NCBI GenBank assembly: GCA_965212015.1
Contig: OZ243037.1
Coordinates: 1,184,001-1,248,000 of the forward strand
Length of the DNA: 64,000 nt
Direction: 5' to 3'
From: Cenarchaeum sp.
GTDB lineage: Archaea; Thermoproteota; Nitrososphaeria; Nitrososphaerales; Nitrosopumilaceae
Shown: piece by piece, positions 50,663 through 60,581 of the stretch
Position numbering within the stretch: position 1 is the first letter of the stretch
Layout of the letters: each line of letters opens with the position of its first letter
Made by a program: the position numbers and the translations under genes
The notes under the pieces: model-generated
Seen by the model: the letters and a program-made list of their open reading frames with translations, nothing else
Told to the model about the DNA's origin: nothing
Databases searched by the model: none

Positions 50663-51259
50663 CGCATGCCGTGTTATGTTTCCATTCGGCGCCTCCTCCC
50701 CAAATATAATGCCCTCAAACCTTGAAACTATGGTGCCTTTTTTCTTCCAGGCGTCCCTCTCAAGGCCTGCCTTTTCGCACGCGTGCCCCAGAAACTCTGT
50801 CGCACTCCAGCCGTACTCTACTGGAACCTGCGGTAATAGCAGCCCGGAGCTTGACTTGGATTTTATGATCAGCCCGTCCCTGCCGATCCGGATTTTTGAC
50901 GGATACTCTGACGGATCGCCTGCTGCAATCTCTTTTGGCGCAGTCAGCACCGTGACTTCAAACGTGATACAGTCAAGCTCGTCGGGCGTTACCGGCTCAA
51001 ACCTTGGATCGGTCACGGCAGATGCTGCCGCATCGGCAAGTGCCTCTGACAGGTTTCTGTCCGGAAGCACATATCCTATGCATCCCCGCAGGCCGTCCTT
51101 GTTGTCTATTGTAACAAACACCCCGCAGGAAAACGCAAACCTCGACTCGAATCCGGGATCCGGTTCCGGTGCGCCGCCCGTGACAAAGCGTGTCGCGATT
51201 TTTCTGGCCGCGCGCACCAGCAGCTCCCCGTCGGCGTGCGATATGTGGCGGCCAGTCAC
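50651..51259 (-). CDS. AMMECR1/TIGR00296 family protein
   Basis: GVFVT, LRGCIG, DPRF, EVTVLT, GRDGLI, GLLLPQV, CEKAGL motifs; GTG start overlaps the rqcH stop. Confidence 0.93.
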   Translation of the reverse strand: MTGRHISHADGELLVRAARKIATRFVTGGAPEPDPGFESRFAFSCGVFVTIDNKDGLRGCIGYVLPDRNLSEALADAAASAVTDPRFEPVTPDELDCITFEVTVLTAPKEIAAGDPSEYPSKIRIGRDGLIIKSKSSSGLLLPQVPVEYGWSATEFLGHACEKAGLERDAWKKKGTIVSRFEGIIFGEEAPNGNITRHALGD

Positions 51260-53169
51260 AGTCCGCCCACGCCGGTCTTGATTATGCTGCTCTTGCCGGC
51301 GGGCAGCACGCGGACTAGCTCGTCGATTGTGACGTGTTTTGCGGCATCGCCGGCGATTTTCAGAAACTCTGTCCTGAGCTTTTTTGCAGCGTCGGTCATC
51401 TCCATCCCCGACGGCTCTATTACCGCGTAATAGGCGCTGTTCTTTTTTATGATGTCTGGCGGGCCGCACGAGATTACACGGGCCCCGTCCTGCTCCATTA
51501 TCCCCACCCCCAGCCTCAAAGTCGGAATTTTTACATAGTTTCGCTGCCCGTCAATCGTAAAGGATCCCCTGGGAAGGTACTGGCCGCTCGGGGCGGCCTT
51601 TTTTACCTGCTCGGGGCCCACCCAGTACGCGCTCAGCCCGAACATCGACTCCCTCCACGCGCGGCTAAAGCACACCGTTGCGTGGGCCGTCTCGTTGAGG
51701 CCGGCAGGCTTGGCGTCTGCGCCGTCCTTGAGGATGAAAAACGGCGAGCCGTGTATGTCGGCATGAAAGATGACGTCGTTTTTTTCCATGTGCTTGCGTA
51801 TTATGGACGAGTTTGATGACGAGTCCCTCCCCCCTATGGCGAGGTTTCCGTCCGTGGTAAAAAACCACCTGTACCTCTCGTACCAGCTTTTCTTTCTTAC
51901 CTCCGAGAACGTGACGGTCTCTTTTTGCTTCTGCGACTTGGTCTTTAGCTCGTCGAGCTGTCTTTGCGTCTTTTTTCTCTGCCTTTCTATCTCGGGGACT
52001 GCGTGCGACTGTTTTTTTGCCTCGTCAAACAGGCCGGATGCGATTGCGTGCAGGGACGACTCTGGGTTGATCCTCACCTTTTCGCCCTGCACGCGTATCA
52101 GCGGCACGCCCTTTTCGACCGTATGATCAGAGTTGTTCTCTGCAAGCGCGCCGGCCACCCGGGAGTCCCCGAATGATGCCGCACCGCACGAGACCAGCCC
52201 GAGAAGCGACTTGGCAAGGGCAGATATCCCGCGGGATTTTTGCTGCACAATGTGCACCGCCTTGTCCTGCTCGCCAATCGTAGTCTCCAGCTCTGCTATC
52301 TTTTGCTCCGTTCCCTGCGACTGCACGGCCTTGCCGGATTCCACAATCTGCCGCGTAAACAGGTCGTCCAGTCCATCTGCAAAGCTGGAAACTGCCGTCT
52401 CTTTGCCGTCGTGCAGCAGGCCTACCGGGTACACCTCCGGGCCTCCTCCGCCGTCCACTATTACCGGGCTGTGTCTTCCGTCAGTTACGCGCGACACAAG
52501 CTCGCCTGTCGATGCGACTATTGACTTTAGGTCGTCTTCTGAGAGATCCGAGCACATTGTCCTGGTATCTATCTGCGCGTTGTGCAGGATGGTGCCGACG
52601 TACCGCGCCGGAAGCCCCAGCGTCCTGCCAAGCCACCTGTCAGACGTTATGTCCGGGACGCGGTGCGAGTCAAGCTCTGCGTGCGTTATTCCAAAGACGT
52701 CCAGATTGTTCTCAGGCGGCGGCTTGTAGGTCAGGCCGACACGGAGCTCCCTGTGCCTTACGTCCAGCGAGTGCAGCAGCGCGAGTATCTTCATGTCCTC
52801 GTTGCACAGTACCATGTTTCCGTCCCCAAAGAACTCGCCGACTAGCACGAATGCCCTGTCAAACCCCCGGAACCTCAGGTATGCGATGCGCTCTGTTCCC
52901 GGGTGCTCTATGCCCTCCAGCTTTAGCCTGAGAAGATCCTTGCGGAATCTCCTGAGAAGCTTGTTCTCCTCTATCTGCCTGATTTTGACTGAGCTGGCCC
53001 AGAGCCCAAAGGTGGAGAACATGAGCATTATGTCCGGGTTTTCGGGGTGGTGCAGCTTGAAGAGGAGGCTGTCCTTTGATATGCCGTAAATGTTGCTCAC
53101 ATAGTATCCCTTGGTGCCCTCAGACAGGCCGTTTACAAGATAACGAAGCTCGATTCCTGCTATCTTCAT
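51256..53169 (-). CDS. rqcH: Ribosome quality-control factor RqcH/NEMF (NFACT family)
   Basis: NFACT-N (ERI, EFFGDGN), coiled coil, NFACT-R (WYERYRWF, GGRD, FHADIHGSP, SGQYLPRGSF). Confidence 0.93.
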   Translation of the reverse strand: MKIAGIELRYLVNGLSEGTKGYYVSNIYGISKDSLLFKLHHPENPDIMLMFSTFGLWASSVKIRQIEENKLLRRFRKDLLRLKLEGIEHPGTERIAYLRFRGFDRAFVLVGEFFGDGNMVLCNEDMKILALLHSLDVRHRELRVGLTYKPPPENNLDVFGITHAELDSHRVPDITSDRWLGRTLGLPARYVGTILHNAQIDTRTMCSDLSEDDLKSIVASTGELVSRVTDGRHSPVIVDGGGGPEVYPVGLLHDGKETAVSSFADGLDDLFTRQIVESGKAVQSQGTEQKIAELETTIGEQDKAVHIVQQKSRGISALAKSLLGLVSCGAASFGDSRVAGALAENNSDHTVEKGVPLIRVQGEKVRINPESSLHAIASGLFDEAKKQSHAVPEIERQRKKTQRQLDELKTKSQKQKETVTFSEVRKKSWYERYRWFFTTDGNLAIGGRDSSSNSSIIRKHMEKNDVIFHADIHGSPFFILKDGADAKPAGLNETAHATVCFSRAWRESMFGLSAYWVGPEQVKKAAPSGQYLPRGSFTIDGQRNYVKIPTLRLGVGIMEQDGARVISCGPPDIIKKNSAYYAVIEPSGMEMTDAAKKLRTEFLKIAGDAAKHVTIDELVRVLPAGKSSIIKTGVGGL

Positions 53170-53269
53170 GCAGGGGGTGGGAGCCGTAACAATATACTCT
53201 TTTTTGTGAGCCGGGATTTGTGACCAAAGATTTTAAACAAGGCAGTTGGGAGTCAACCTAGAAATTTAA

Positions 53270-53749
53270 TTGGCCAAGCATAAAAAAAGAAAATCCCTGC
53301 CCACTCCCGATCCCGAAGAGCCCAAAAGCTCAATCTTTGAGGCAGTGGAGGGGGACCTGCCAGAGACAGAGGGCGCGGCAGGGCCGCCCAAAAAGCCCGA
53401 AAAGATCCTGTCGGATTCAGAGACTGCCAGCTATAAGAAAAAGCTGGACAAGCTGTTCTGGCTGAGAATCGGCCTGGCCCTGATAGCCGGAACCGCCGCA
53501 ACGTTTGTCTTTGAGCCCTTTGAGGGCGAGGAGCGGCGCTGGGCGTCCATCGGGTTCATGATAGTACTGTTCATGGGCACCATCATAGTGGGCAAGGCCA
53601 TGAGGATGCAGCTGCCGTCTTCTGACAGAAAAAAGCTGGTCACGCAGGGCATTGGCAGCTATGTCTTTCTCTATTTGTTCATGTGGATAGTCTCGTACAC
53701 GCTGCTAAACGTCCCCGACACGGGTGGGATTGCCCCCGTAATACCATAG
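53270..53749 (+). CDS. Three-TM membrane protein, EMC6/Rab5ip-like
   Basis: Charged disordered N-terminus, 3 hydrophobic helices, C-terminal QGIGSYVFLYLFMWIVSYTLL. Confidence 0.7.
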   Translation: MAKHKKRKSLPTPDPEEPKSSIFEAVEGDLPETEGAAGPPKKPEKILSDSETASYKKKLDKLFWLRIGLALIAGTAATFVFEPFEGEERRWASIGFMIVLFMGTIIVGKAMRMQLPSSDRKKLVTQGIGSYVFLYLFMWIVSYTLLNVPDTGGIAPVIP

Positions 53750-53753
53750 AGGC

Positions 53754-54344
53754 ATGTGGGACTATAAGACTCCGGGAATTCCGGACTCTGAGTTTGAAAG
53801 ATACGACGACGTGCCGATAACAAAAGAGGAGGTGCGCGCCATACAGATAAGCAAGGCGCGGCTGAGGCCTGGCTATACCGTGTATGACATCGGATGCGGA
53901 AGCGGATCCGTCACGGTGGAGGCGGCACTGCAGGTGGAAGAGTCAGGGGCGGTGCACGCAGTGGACTTTGATCCCAGGGCCGCAGAGCTCACCAAGAAAA
54001 ACCTGGAAAAATTCGGGATAAAAAACGCGACGGTAATCTCTGGCAACGCAAAGGACGTGGTCGCGGGGCTTCCCGAGGCAGACGCGATATTCATCGGCGG
54101 CACGGGGGTGGATACGGCGGAGATCATAAAGCTGTGCGAGGACAGGCTGAAAAAAGGCGGACGCGTGGTAATCGGCATAATCCTAATTGAGACGCTGTTT
54201 GCGGTAATCAAGACGCTGGAGGGGGCGAGCTTTTCGTCAGTAGACATAACGCAGGTTACCGTATCCAAAAGCAGAAAGACGTCCACGGGAACAATGATGC
54301 TGGCCAGAAATCCCGTCACGGTAATTTCGGCGGCAAGGGATTGA
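53754..54344 (+). CDS. cbiT: Cobalt-precorrin-6B C15-methyltransferase (decarboxylating)
   Basis: PGIPD, PITKEEVR, DIGCGSGS, FIGG, ARNPV motifs. Confidence 0.95.
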   Translation: MWDYKTPGIPDSEFERYDDVPITKEEVRAIQISKARLRPGYTVYDIGCGSGSVTVEAALQVEESGAVHAVDFDPRAAELTKKNLEKFGIKNATVISGNAKDVVAGLPEADAIFIGGTGVDTAEIIKLCEDRLKKGGRVVIGIILIETLFAVIKTLEGASFSSVDITQVTVSKSRKTSTGTMMLARNPVTVISAARD

Positions 54345-54381
54345 GGTCTAGCTTTTAATTAGGAACGGGACTGGATTTTTC

Positions 54382-55104
54382 ATGGCCGGATTGGTTGGAA
54401 TCGGTGTGGGTCCGGGCGATCCGGAGCTGCTGACGGTAAAGGCAGTAAAGGCCATCGGCAATGCGGACGTCATAATGTGCCCCGCCTCAGGCGAGGACCG
54501 GCCCAGCATCGCGCTGTCGGTGGTATCAAAGCTGATAGACAAGTCAAAGAACCAAGAGATTACAAAGCTGATTTTTCCCATGACAAAGGATCGGGACGTG
54601 CTCGAATCCACCTGGAAGAAAAACGCGCGCATCATGGCCAAAAAGGTGCTGTCGGGAAAAAACGTGGTATACCTTACGGTGGGCGACCCGTACCTGTACA
54701 GCACCTGGATATACATGCACAGAAACATCAGCGCCAGCAACCCCGAGCTGAAGATCAGCGTCATACCGGGGATTGTGTCCATGTTTACGTTCGCCTCAAA
54801 GGTGGGCGTGAGCATTGCCGAGGGCTCAGAAAAAGTCGCCATAATCCCGTCGTGCTATGACCTTACCACCGTAAGGGAGATTGCAAAAAACGCCGAATCG
54901 CTGGTATTTCTCAAGGACGGGAGGTATTTCGACCAGGTAATCGACCTGCTGAAGGAATCTGGCTTTCCGGACGACTCTGTGTTTGCGATAGGGCAGGATC
55001 TGGGGACCGACGGGGAGATAATACGAAAGATGACGCTTGGCGAGGCGAGCACCGACGCGCTGACCTCAAAGTATTTTTCGATTCTGGTGGTAAAGCGTGC
55101 CTAG
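54382..55104 (+). CDS. cbiL: Cobalt-factor II (precorrin-2) C20-methyltransferase
   Basis: GVGPGDPELLTVKA, FPMTKD, GDPYLYST, IPGIVS, YFS motifs. Confidence 0.95.
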   Translation: MAGLVGIGVGPGDPELLTVKAVKAIGNADVIMCPASGEDRPSIALSVVSKLIDKSKNQEITKLIFPMTKDRDVLESTWKKNARIMAKKVLSGKNVVYLTVGDPYLYSTWIYMHRNISASNPELKISVIPGIVSMFTFASKVGVSIAEGSEKVAIIPSCYDLTTVREIAKNAESLVFLKDGRYFDQVIDLLKESGFPDDSVFAIGQDLGTDGEIIRKMTLGEASTDALTSKYFSILVVKRA

Positions 55105-55870
55105 GGTGCACTTTGTCGGATGCGGCCCTGGCGACCCGGAGCTGATAACCGTAAAGGCCAAAAAGCTGATCCAGGGGGCAGACGTGATAGTCTATTCCGG
55201 CTCGCTGATTCCAGATGCGATCCTAAGCATGTGCAAAAAGGCAAAAAGGCACGACGCGGCGGGACTCGTGCGCGAGGAGATATTCGAGCTGCTGAAAAAA
55301 AACGCCACAAAAAACAAAAAGGTGGTGCGCCTGCACGACGGGGATCCCGCAATATACGGCGCGATACGAGAACAGATGGACCTGCTCGAAAAGGAGGGCG
55401 TTGAATGTGTGGTCGTGCCCGGCGTCACGTCGTTTCTTGCGGCGTCTGCGGCGCTGGGCGCGCAGCTGACGCTGCCGGGCGTCACGCAGACCATCATAAT
55501 AACCAGGGCCGAGTCCAGGACAAGCGTTCCCAGCCGGGAAAAAATCTCCGAGCTTGCAAGGCACGGGTCGACCATGGTGTTTTATCTCAGCGTACACCTG
55601 CTGCCCGGGATAGCAAGGCAGGCGATAAAGGGCGGATACAAAAAAACAACGCCGGCCGCAGTAGTCTATCGCGCAAGCTGGCCGGACCAAAAAATTGTCA
55701 CGGGAAGCCTGGGGGACATTGCCAAAAAGACAAGGGAGCAAAAGATAACCCGCACTGCCATCATTATAATCGGCGACATTGTAAGGCCAGAGTCCTACGA
55801 GTTTTCGCGCCTCTATGACAAGACGTTCAGCCACGGCTACAGAAGGGCGAAAGTCAGGGCAAAAAGCTGA
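55097..55870 (+). CDS. cbiF: Cobalt-precorrin-4 C11-methyltransferase
   Basis: GCGPGDPELITVK, RLHDGDPAIYGAIREQ, LTLPGVTQT, YRASWPDQ, SRLYDKTFSHGYR motifs. Confidence 0.96.
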   Translation: MPRVHFVGCGPGDPELITVKAKKLIQGADVIVYSGSLIPDAILSMCKKAKRHDAAGLVREEIFELLKKNATKNKKVVRLHDGDPAIYGAIREQMDLLEKEGVECVVVPGVTSFLAASAALGAQLTLPGVTQTIIITRAESRTSVPSREKISELARHGSTMVFYLSVHLLPGIARQAIKGGYKKTTPAAVVYRASWPDQKIVTGSLGDIAKKTREQKITRTAIIIIGDIVRPESYEFSRLYDKTFSHGYRRAKVRAKS

Positions 55871-56606
55871 CCCTGTTGCGGATTCCGACGCCCAGCAGGA
55901 GCCTGTGGAATCTTTCGGGATCCGACGACGTGTATATGCGCAGCCTGTTTCGCCTGGATTTTGCAGTCCTTTGCACTATGGTTCTGGCAATACATTCCGC
56001 CGGATCCAGAAACCGTACGGTGGGAAACTCGTCGCGCAGGTGACGGGACAGAAACGGCAGGTGCGTGCTAGACAGGGTGGCAGTGTCGATGCCATTGTCG
56101 GCAATCGTCCTTTTCAAGAGCCTGCGAATAACTGCGGCGCATCCTGCGGGGTCGGAAAGAAACAATCCCGACTCTACCAGCTTTACGAGCGGGGATGCAT
56201 TGATGCGAAATACCGGTCCGGGGACATTCTGGCTTTTTATGAACTCTGAAAGCTCGGGGCTTTGGGCCACGGATTTTGTGGCAAGTATCGCAATGCGCCC
56301 CGTCTTTGAGGCCCCTGCCGCCAGGCGGAGCGGCGGCGTCACGCCTGCCACGTCCCCCCCGATCAGGTTTTTCAAAAGCAGCGTGGGCGTGTTTGATCCC
56401 ACTATTATGAGATCCGGCCGGAATCTCTCCCTCAGCATGGCAATGCGGCCCCTGATGATTCCGTCCAGCTGGATCCGGGTCTTGTGCCCGTATGGAAAGT
56501 TCTTCTGGTCTGCAAAATAGACAATCTCGGATTTTGTGAGCCTCCAGATGGGCCGGATTATGGACAGAGATCCCAGCCCCGAGTCAAATACGGCTATCTT
56601 GCCCAT
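55854..56606 (-). CDS. Glutamate racemase (MurI)-fold protein with Ser in place of both catalytic Cys
   Basis: FDSGLGSLS and ADQKNFPYG retained; GSNT and SSTH replace ACNT and GCTH. Confidence 0.85.
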   Translation of the reverse strand: MGKIAVFDSGLGSLSIIRPIWRLTKSEIVYFADQKNFPYGHKTRIQLDGIIRGRIAMLRERFRPDLIIVGSNTPTLLLKNLIGGDVAGVTPPLRLAAGASKTGRIAILATKSVAQSPELSEFIKSQNVPGPVFRINASPLVKLVESGLFLSDPAGCAAVIRRLLKRTIADNGIDTATLSSTHLPFLSRHLRDEFPTVRFLDPAECIARTIVQRTAKSRRNRLRIYTSSDPERFHRLLLGVGIRNRVSFLP

Positions 56607-56707
56607 GCCTGAGGATGTAGCAGCCCGTATTTTTGTTAGCTAAATTTAGTTTCAAGTCGATCTAAATACACACCTCTCATTAAGAGCAAAAACCACGACT
56701 AGCGGCC

Positions 56708-57355
56708 ATGCCAAGCTTTGATAAGACCTGGGCTCGTCAGGAGACCCAGGGCGTAACGGACAAGATCCGCGGGGCAGTCAAGCCCCAGGGCGCACTAAAG
56801 CCGCGAATTCAAAACGCAGTCAACAAGCTACAGATCCAGATCTCAAAGATGGACTCTATGCTTGGAAAGCTCAGTGAGAGGGATGCGCGGCTGTTTAAGC
56901 GAATCGTGGCTGCAATGCAGCAGCACGATACGAGTGCAAGCAGGGTTTTGTCAAACGAACTAGCCGAGATTCGCAAGGTTACGACAATGCTGAGCAACGC
57001 AAGGATGTCACTAGAACAGGTACAACTAAGGCTAACAACTATTCATGACCTCGGTGATGCAATGGTATCGATTGGTCCGGCAGTCTCCACAATGAAGGGA
57101 TTAAAGACCTCGCTGGGAAGATTCATGCCAGAGGCCGACTCGGAGTTGAACTCTATGACCCAGACACTAGGCGGACTCATGACCGAATCGCTCGCAGGGG
57201 ATTCGTTTAACATGGAGCAGGAATCCACCAACGAGGAGACAGAAAAGATCCTTCAAGAGGCCGCAGGCGTTGCAGAGCAGCAGATTGGCGACAAGTTCCC
57301 ATCTGTACCAACTCCCACCGGACTTTCGTCAGAGACTACATCCACCTACGAATAG
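56708..57355 (+). CDS. ESCRT-III / Snf7 (CdvB-family) protein
   Basis: Helical Snf7 core (ASRVLSNELAEIRK, LEQVQLRLTTIHDLGD), acidic ILQEA...FPSVP tail. Confidence 0.9.
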   Translation: MPSFDKTWARQETQGVTDKIRGAVKPQGALKPRIQNAVNKLQIQISKMDSMLGKLSERDARLFKRIVAAMQQHDTSASRVLSNELAEIRKVTTMLSNARMSLEQVQLRLTTIHDLGDAMVSIGPAVSTMKGLKTSLGRFMPEADSELNSMTQTLGGLMTESLAGDSFNMEQESTNEETEKILQEAAGVAEQQIGDKFPSVPTPTGLSSETTSTYE

Positions 57356-57370
57356 ACTGACGACTGTTCC

Positions 57371-57383
57371 CTTTTTTTGTTTT
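57371..57383 (+). terminator. Oligo-T terminator after the ESCRT-III gene
   Basis: CTTTTTTTGTTTT 15 nt after the stop codon. Confidence 0.55.
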
Positions 57384-57408
57384 ACCAGTTACTGCCAGTG
57401 GCGCGCCC

Positions 57409-58578
57409 TTATGGCCACAGTTTTTCCCTGAACGTCCACCGCTTGTTCAGGACAAAGTTCCCAAACGCCGCAGCCAGAACCGCCACTACAAGTGCGGCGG
57501 GATACGCCACAGAATAGCTCTCCACAAGCAGGTACACCATGCCCAGCTGGACTAGCGCGCCAGCAGAGCTAAACATGATGAACTTTCCGTACTGTACCGC
57601 AGTCTCCCTCGTCCGGAACGACCTGTCGCCAAACGTCCAGTATTTGTTAAGGACAAAGTTCGTGCTCATCGACGTCAGGATTCCGATCAGGTTTGCGTGC
57701 AGATACCAGAACTCGATAATGCCGCCTGCAAACAGCGTGGAGAATGCATAGTTTATGGCAAGGCCCGTGGCGCCGACCGTATAGAACCGCGCGGCCTTTG
57801 AGAGAAACTTTACGGAGGATCTGCGCTCGTTTTCTGGGGACTTTTTGCCAAAACGGTAGAGCTTCCAGACGGAATGCACGTAATCAAGTATGGTGCCCAG
57901 TCCGAGCTTGCTGCATCCCAGCTGCCTGTTCCGAAAGGTGTAGGGAATCTCCCTGACGCTGGCGCCCTTTGTCTTTACCAGGAACTCTAGCAGTATCTTG
58001 TATCCGATTCCGTCAAACTTTAGGCCGTTGATGAGCGTCTTTTTGAATGCAAAGAATCCCGACATCGGATCGTGCTGGTCCACGCCCAGGCCCCTTTTTG
58101 CAATATTGGTTGCAATCCTGCTCAGGAACTTTCTTTTCAGCGACCAGCCCTGTATCTTGCCGCCGGTGATGTACCGCGACGCGACTACTATATCGCACTG
58201 CGACTTGCGCAGCGACTCGATCATGTTGGGTATGGTGCTAGGGGGGTGTGAAAAGTCGCCGTCCATTACCACGATCGTGTCGCCGTTTGCGTGCTGTATG
58301 CCGTGCAAAATGGCCGAGCTCAGACCCTGCTTTGCCTTGCGGTGGATTATGTCAATGGTGTGGTTTGCCATCTCTTTGACGTTTTTGATATAGTCATCAA
58401 CCAGCCTTCCGGTTCCGTCAGGCGAGTTGTCATCTATTACAATTGTCTCAGTGGCGGTGTCCTTTGGCAGGTTCTCGCCTATTGATTTTAAAAAGCCGAC
58501 TATGTTTTTGGACTCGTTATAGGTGGGCACGAGGATTGATACCTGCGCCTCCCTGCATCCGTGTGGATTTCCCGCCAT
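57409..58578 (-). CDS. Dolichol-phosphate mannosyltransferase-like GT2 fused to GtrA domain
   Basis: VPTYNE, IDDNSPDGT, MDGDFSHPP, DPMSGFF, GYKILLE motifs; C-terminal TMs with NFVLNKYWTF / NFVLNKRWTF. Confidence 0.93.
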   Translation of the reverse strand: MAGNPHGCREAQVSILVPTYNESKNIVGFLKSIGENLPKDTATETIVIDDNSPDGTGRLVDDYIKNVKEMANHTIDIIHRKAKQGLSSAILHGIQHANGDTIVVMDGDFSHPPSTIPNMIESLRKSQCDIVVASRYITGGKIQGWSLKRKFLSRIATNIAKRGLGVDQHDPMSGFFAFKKTLINGLKFDGIGYKILLEFLVKTKGASVREIPYTFRNRQLGCSKLGLGTILDYVHSVWKLYRFGKKSPENERRSSVKFLSKAARFYTVGATGLAINYAFSTLFAGGIIEFWYLHANLIGILTSMSTNFVLNKYWTFGDRSFRTRETAVQYGKFIMFSSAGALVQLGMVYLLVESYSVAYPAALVVAVLAAAFGNFVLNKRWTFREKLWP

Positions 58579-58785
58579 ACGGCTATCTCAAAAATCAAAG
58601 GTTATTAATTTTTTAACCGAAATGTCCGGCTCAGCCGGCAGGCACGGGCGGCCCTCCGGTGCGGGGGCATTTTGCAGTAATATGCGGCAGCTGCGTGCCC
58701 CAGGCGGCAGACGCCGGCTTTTTTGCCATCGTGGCTGCAAAAACCCCGCATGCCCGAACCGGGTCGCGCCGGCAGGCCCGGGCAC

Positions 58786-59448
58786 CTAGGATCTTTTCTT
58801 TACCAGAAACAGCGCCGCCACCAGCACGCCCACTGCGGCAGTGACATAGAACGGAAAGAACGCAAACACGTTTTTGCCCGGATCGCCAGATAGCAGCTCC
58901 ACTGTCATGCTGCCAGAGTTGATCGCAGGCGGATCAGTTGAGCTCTCCATTCCAAACACGGAATACGAGCCCACTGCAAAATCCCCAATGTCCAGATTGG
59001 ACACCACTATCCGCTCTCCGTTGTTGATAGTCATGCCGGCCCTGTCCGTATAGGACACTATGGTCTTGGCCTCCGGGTGCCATCCGCGCTCCGTCTTGCT
59101 GTGGACTATCACGTACCCCTCGTCGCCGGGAATCTGCACGGCTATCCAGAATTTTTTCTCAGGTATGCTGCCCATGCCGATCTCTATGAATTTGTCCTCC
59201 TCTGTGTCGTGAATCCGGATTACTGCGTTGCCCAGCGGGTTTTCATAGACTAGATTGTTGTCTATGGTCGCCTGCCAGCTTACAGTATGCGTGTGGTTGA
59301 GGGACACCGTCGAGGAGTCGCGCCCGACTATGTTAAACTCGCCGGCGGGTATCTCTATTAGGTCGACAGTTATCGACGGGTTTTTGATCTCTTGTGCGTA
59401 TGCGGGCACCAGTACAAGGAGCGCCAGAAACACGGGTAAAAACCACAT
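58786..59448 (-). CDS. Hypothetical exported protein with C-terminal membrane anchor
   Basis: Signal peptide MWFLPVFLALLVLVPAYA-Q; beta-rich body; TM + KKRS; starts 2 nt after the sat stop. Confidence 0.8.
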   Translation of the reverse strand: MWFLPVFLALLVLVPAYAQEIKNPSITVDLIEIPAGEFNIVGRDSSTVSLNHTHTVSWQATIDNNLVYENPLGNAVIRIHDTEEDKFIEIGMGSIPEKKFWIAVQIPGDEGYVIVHSKTERGWHPEAKTIVSYTDRAGMTINNGERIVVSNLDIGDFAVGSYSVFGMESSTDPPAINSGSMTVELLSGDPGKNVFAFFPFYVTAAVGVLVAALFLVKKRS

Positions 59449-59450
59449 GG

Positions 59451-60581
59451 CTAGTCCACAAACGGTTTTGGGTGGTTGAGGATTATCTTGGATACCTCGG
59501 GCCTCATGATGAACTCGTTGGGCGGGATCTTTTGCTGTATCTGTTCGCGAAGCTTGGTGCCGCTGATCTGCTCCCGGTCTTCTGCGGCGTGCGGGCACGC
59601 CTTGGGATTCGTATAGGTCAGGCATTTTTTGCAATAGAAAAACGCCGGGAAAAAGACCGGCTTTATCTCGAGATCCTCGTAATCCTCAAAGATCCTGTGC
59701 GCCGCAAACGGATCATAGTATTTTCCCACCCCGGCGTGATCACGGCCTATTATTATGTGCGTGCAGCCATAGTTCTGCCTCATGATGGCGTGGTGAATCG
59801 CCTCCCTGGGGCCGGCATACCTCATCTCCGTGTGCAGCGTGGCCAGCGTGCACCTGTTCTGCGGGTAATAGTGGCGTATCATGGCCTCATAGCACTGTAC
59901 GATTACCTCGTCGACGAAATCGCCGGGTTTTTTCTTGCCCACAAGCGGGTTTACAAACACCCCGTCCCTGGTGGTGATGCTGGTCTTTTGAAGCATCTCG
60001 TGTGCGACGTGGGGCGGATTCCTGGTCTGAAACGCCACTATGGTCTTCCAGTTCGCCTGCGAGAACGATTCGCGCGTCTGGGTGGGAGTCATGCGGTATT
60101 TGCGCGTGGGGGTCTCTTGCGGCCTCTGGATATAGTCTATCTTTCCGCCCACCAGATAGTCCCCCATGGACTGCGTCCTGGCGACGCCCGGATGGCCCGA
60201 ATCAGTCGTCCCATAGACCCCTTTTGCCATTTTTTCCTTCTCAAACTTGTATACGTCGTCTGCGTGGATTATTGCAATGCCGGTGCCCTGCGGATTCTGC
60301 AGCAGGACGTCAGAGTCCTTCATCCTGCCGGCGGTCTTTTCGTCCACGTCGAGCACCACCGGAATGGTCCACGCAGTCTGGTCTGCAAGCCTTCCGTGGT
60401 CCAGTACGCCCTCAAAGTCCGCCCGGCCCAAAAACCCCTCCAGCGGGCTGAATATTCCGTCTGCAATATTCTCCACGTCGTTTGCAAGGCCCTCGGAGAT
60501 CCTTACCGATTCCATCCCGGACGGATCGGTGCGGGTAAAGCGGTTGATCAGCGATCCCCCGTGCGGCCTAATTCCGGTCAT
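59451..60581 (-). CDS. sat: Sulfate adenylyltransferase (ATP sulfurylase)
   Basis: [46 protein letters not shown] motifs; start MTGIRPHGG. Confidence 0.97.
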   Translation of the reverse strand: MTGIRPHGGSLINRFTRTDPSGMESVRISEGLANDVENIADGIFSPLEGFLGRADFEGVLDHGRLADQTAWTIPVVLDVDEKTAGRMKDSDVLLQNPQGTGIAIIHADDVYKFEKEKMAKGVYGTTDSGHPGVARTQSMGDYLVGGKIDYIQRPQETPTRKYRMTPTQTRESFSQANWKTIVAFQTRNPPHVAHEMLQKTSITTRDGVFVNPLVGKKKPGDFVDEVIVQCYEAMIRHYYPQNRCTLATLHTEMRYAGPREAIHHAIMRQNYGCTHIIIGRDHAGVGKYYDPFAAHRIFEDYEDLEIKPVFFPAFFYCKKCLTYTNPKACPHAAEDREQISGTKLREQIQQKIPPNEFIMRPEVSKIILNHPKPFVD

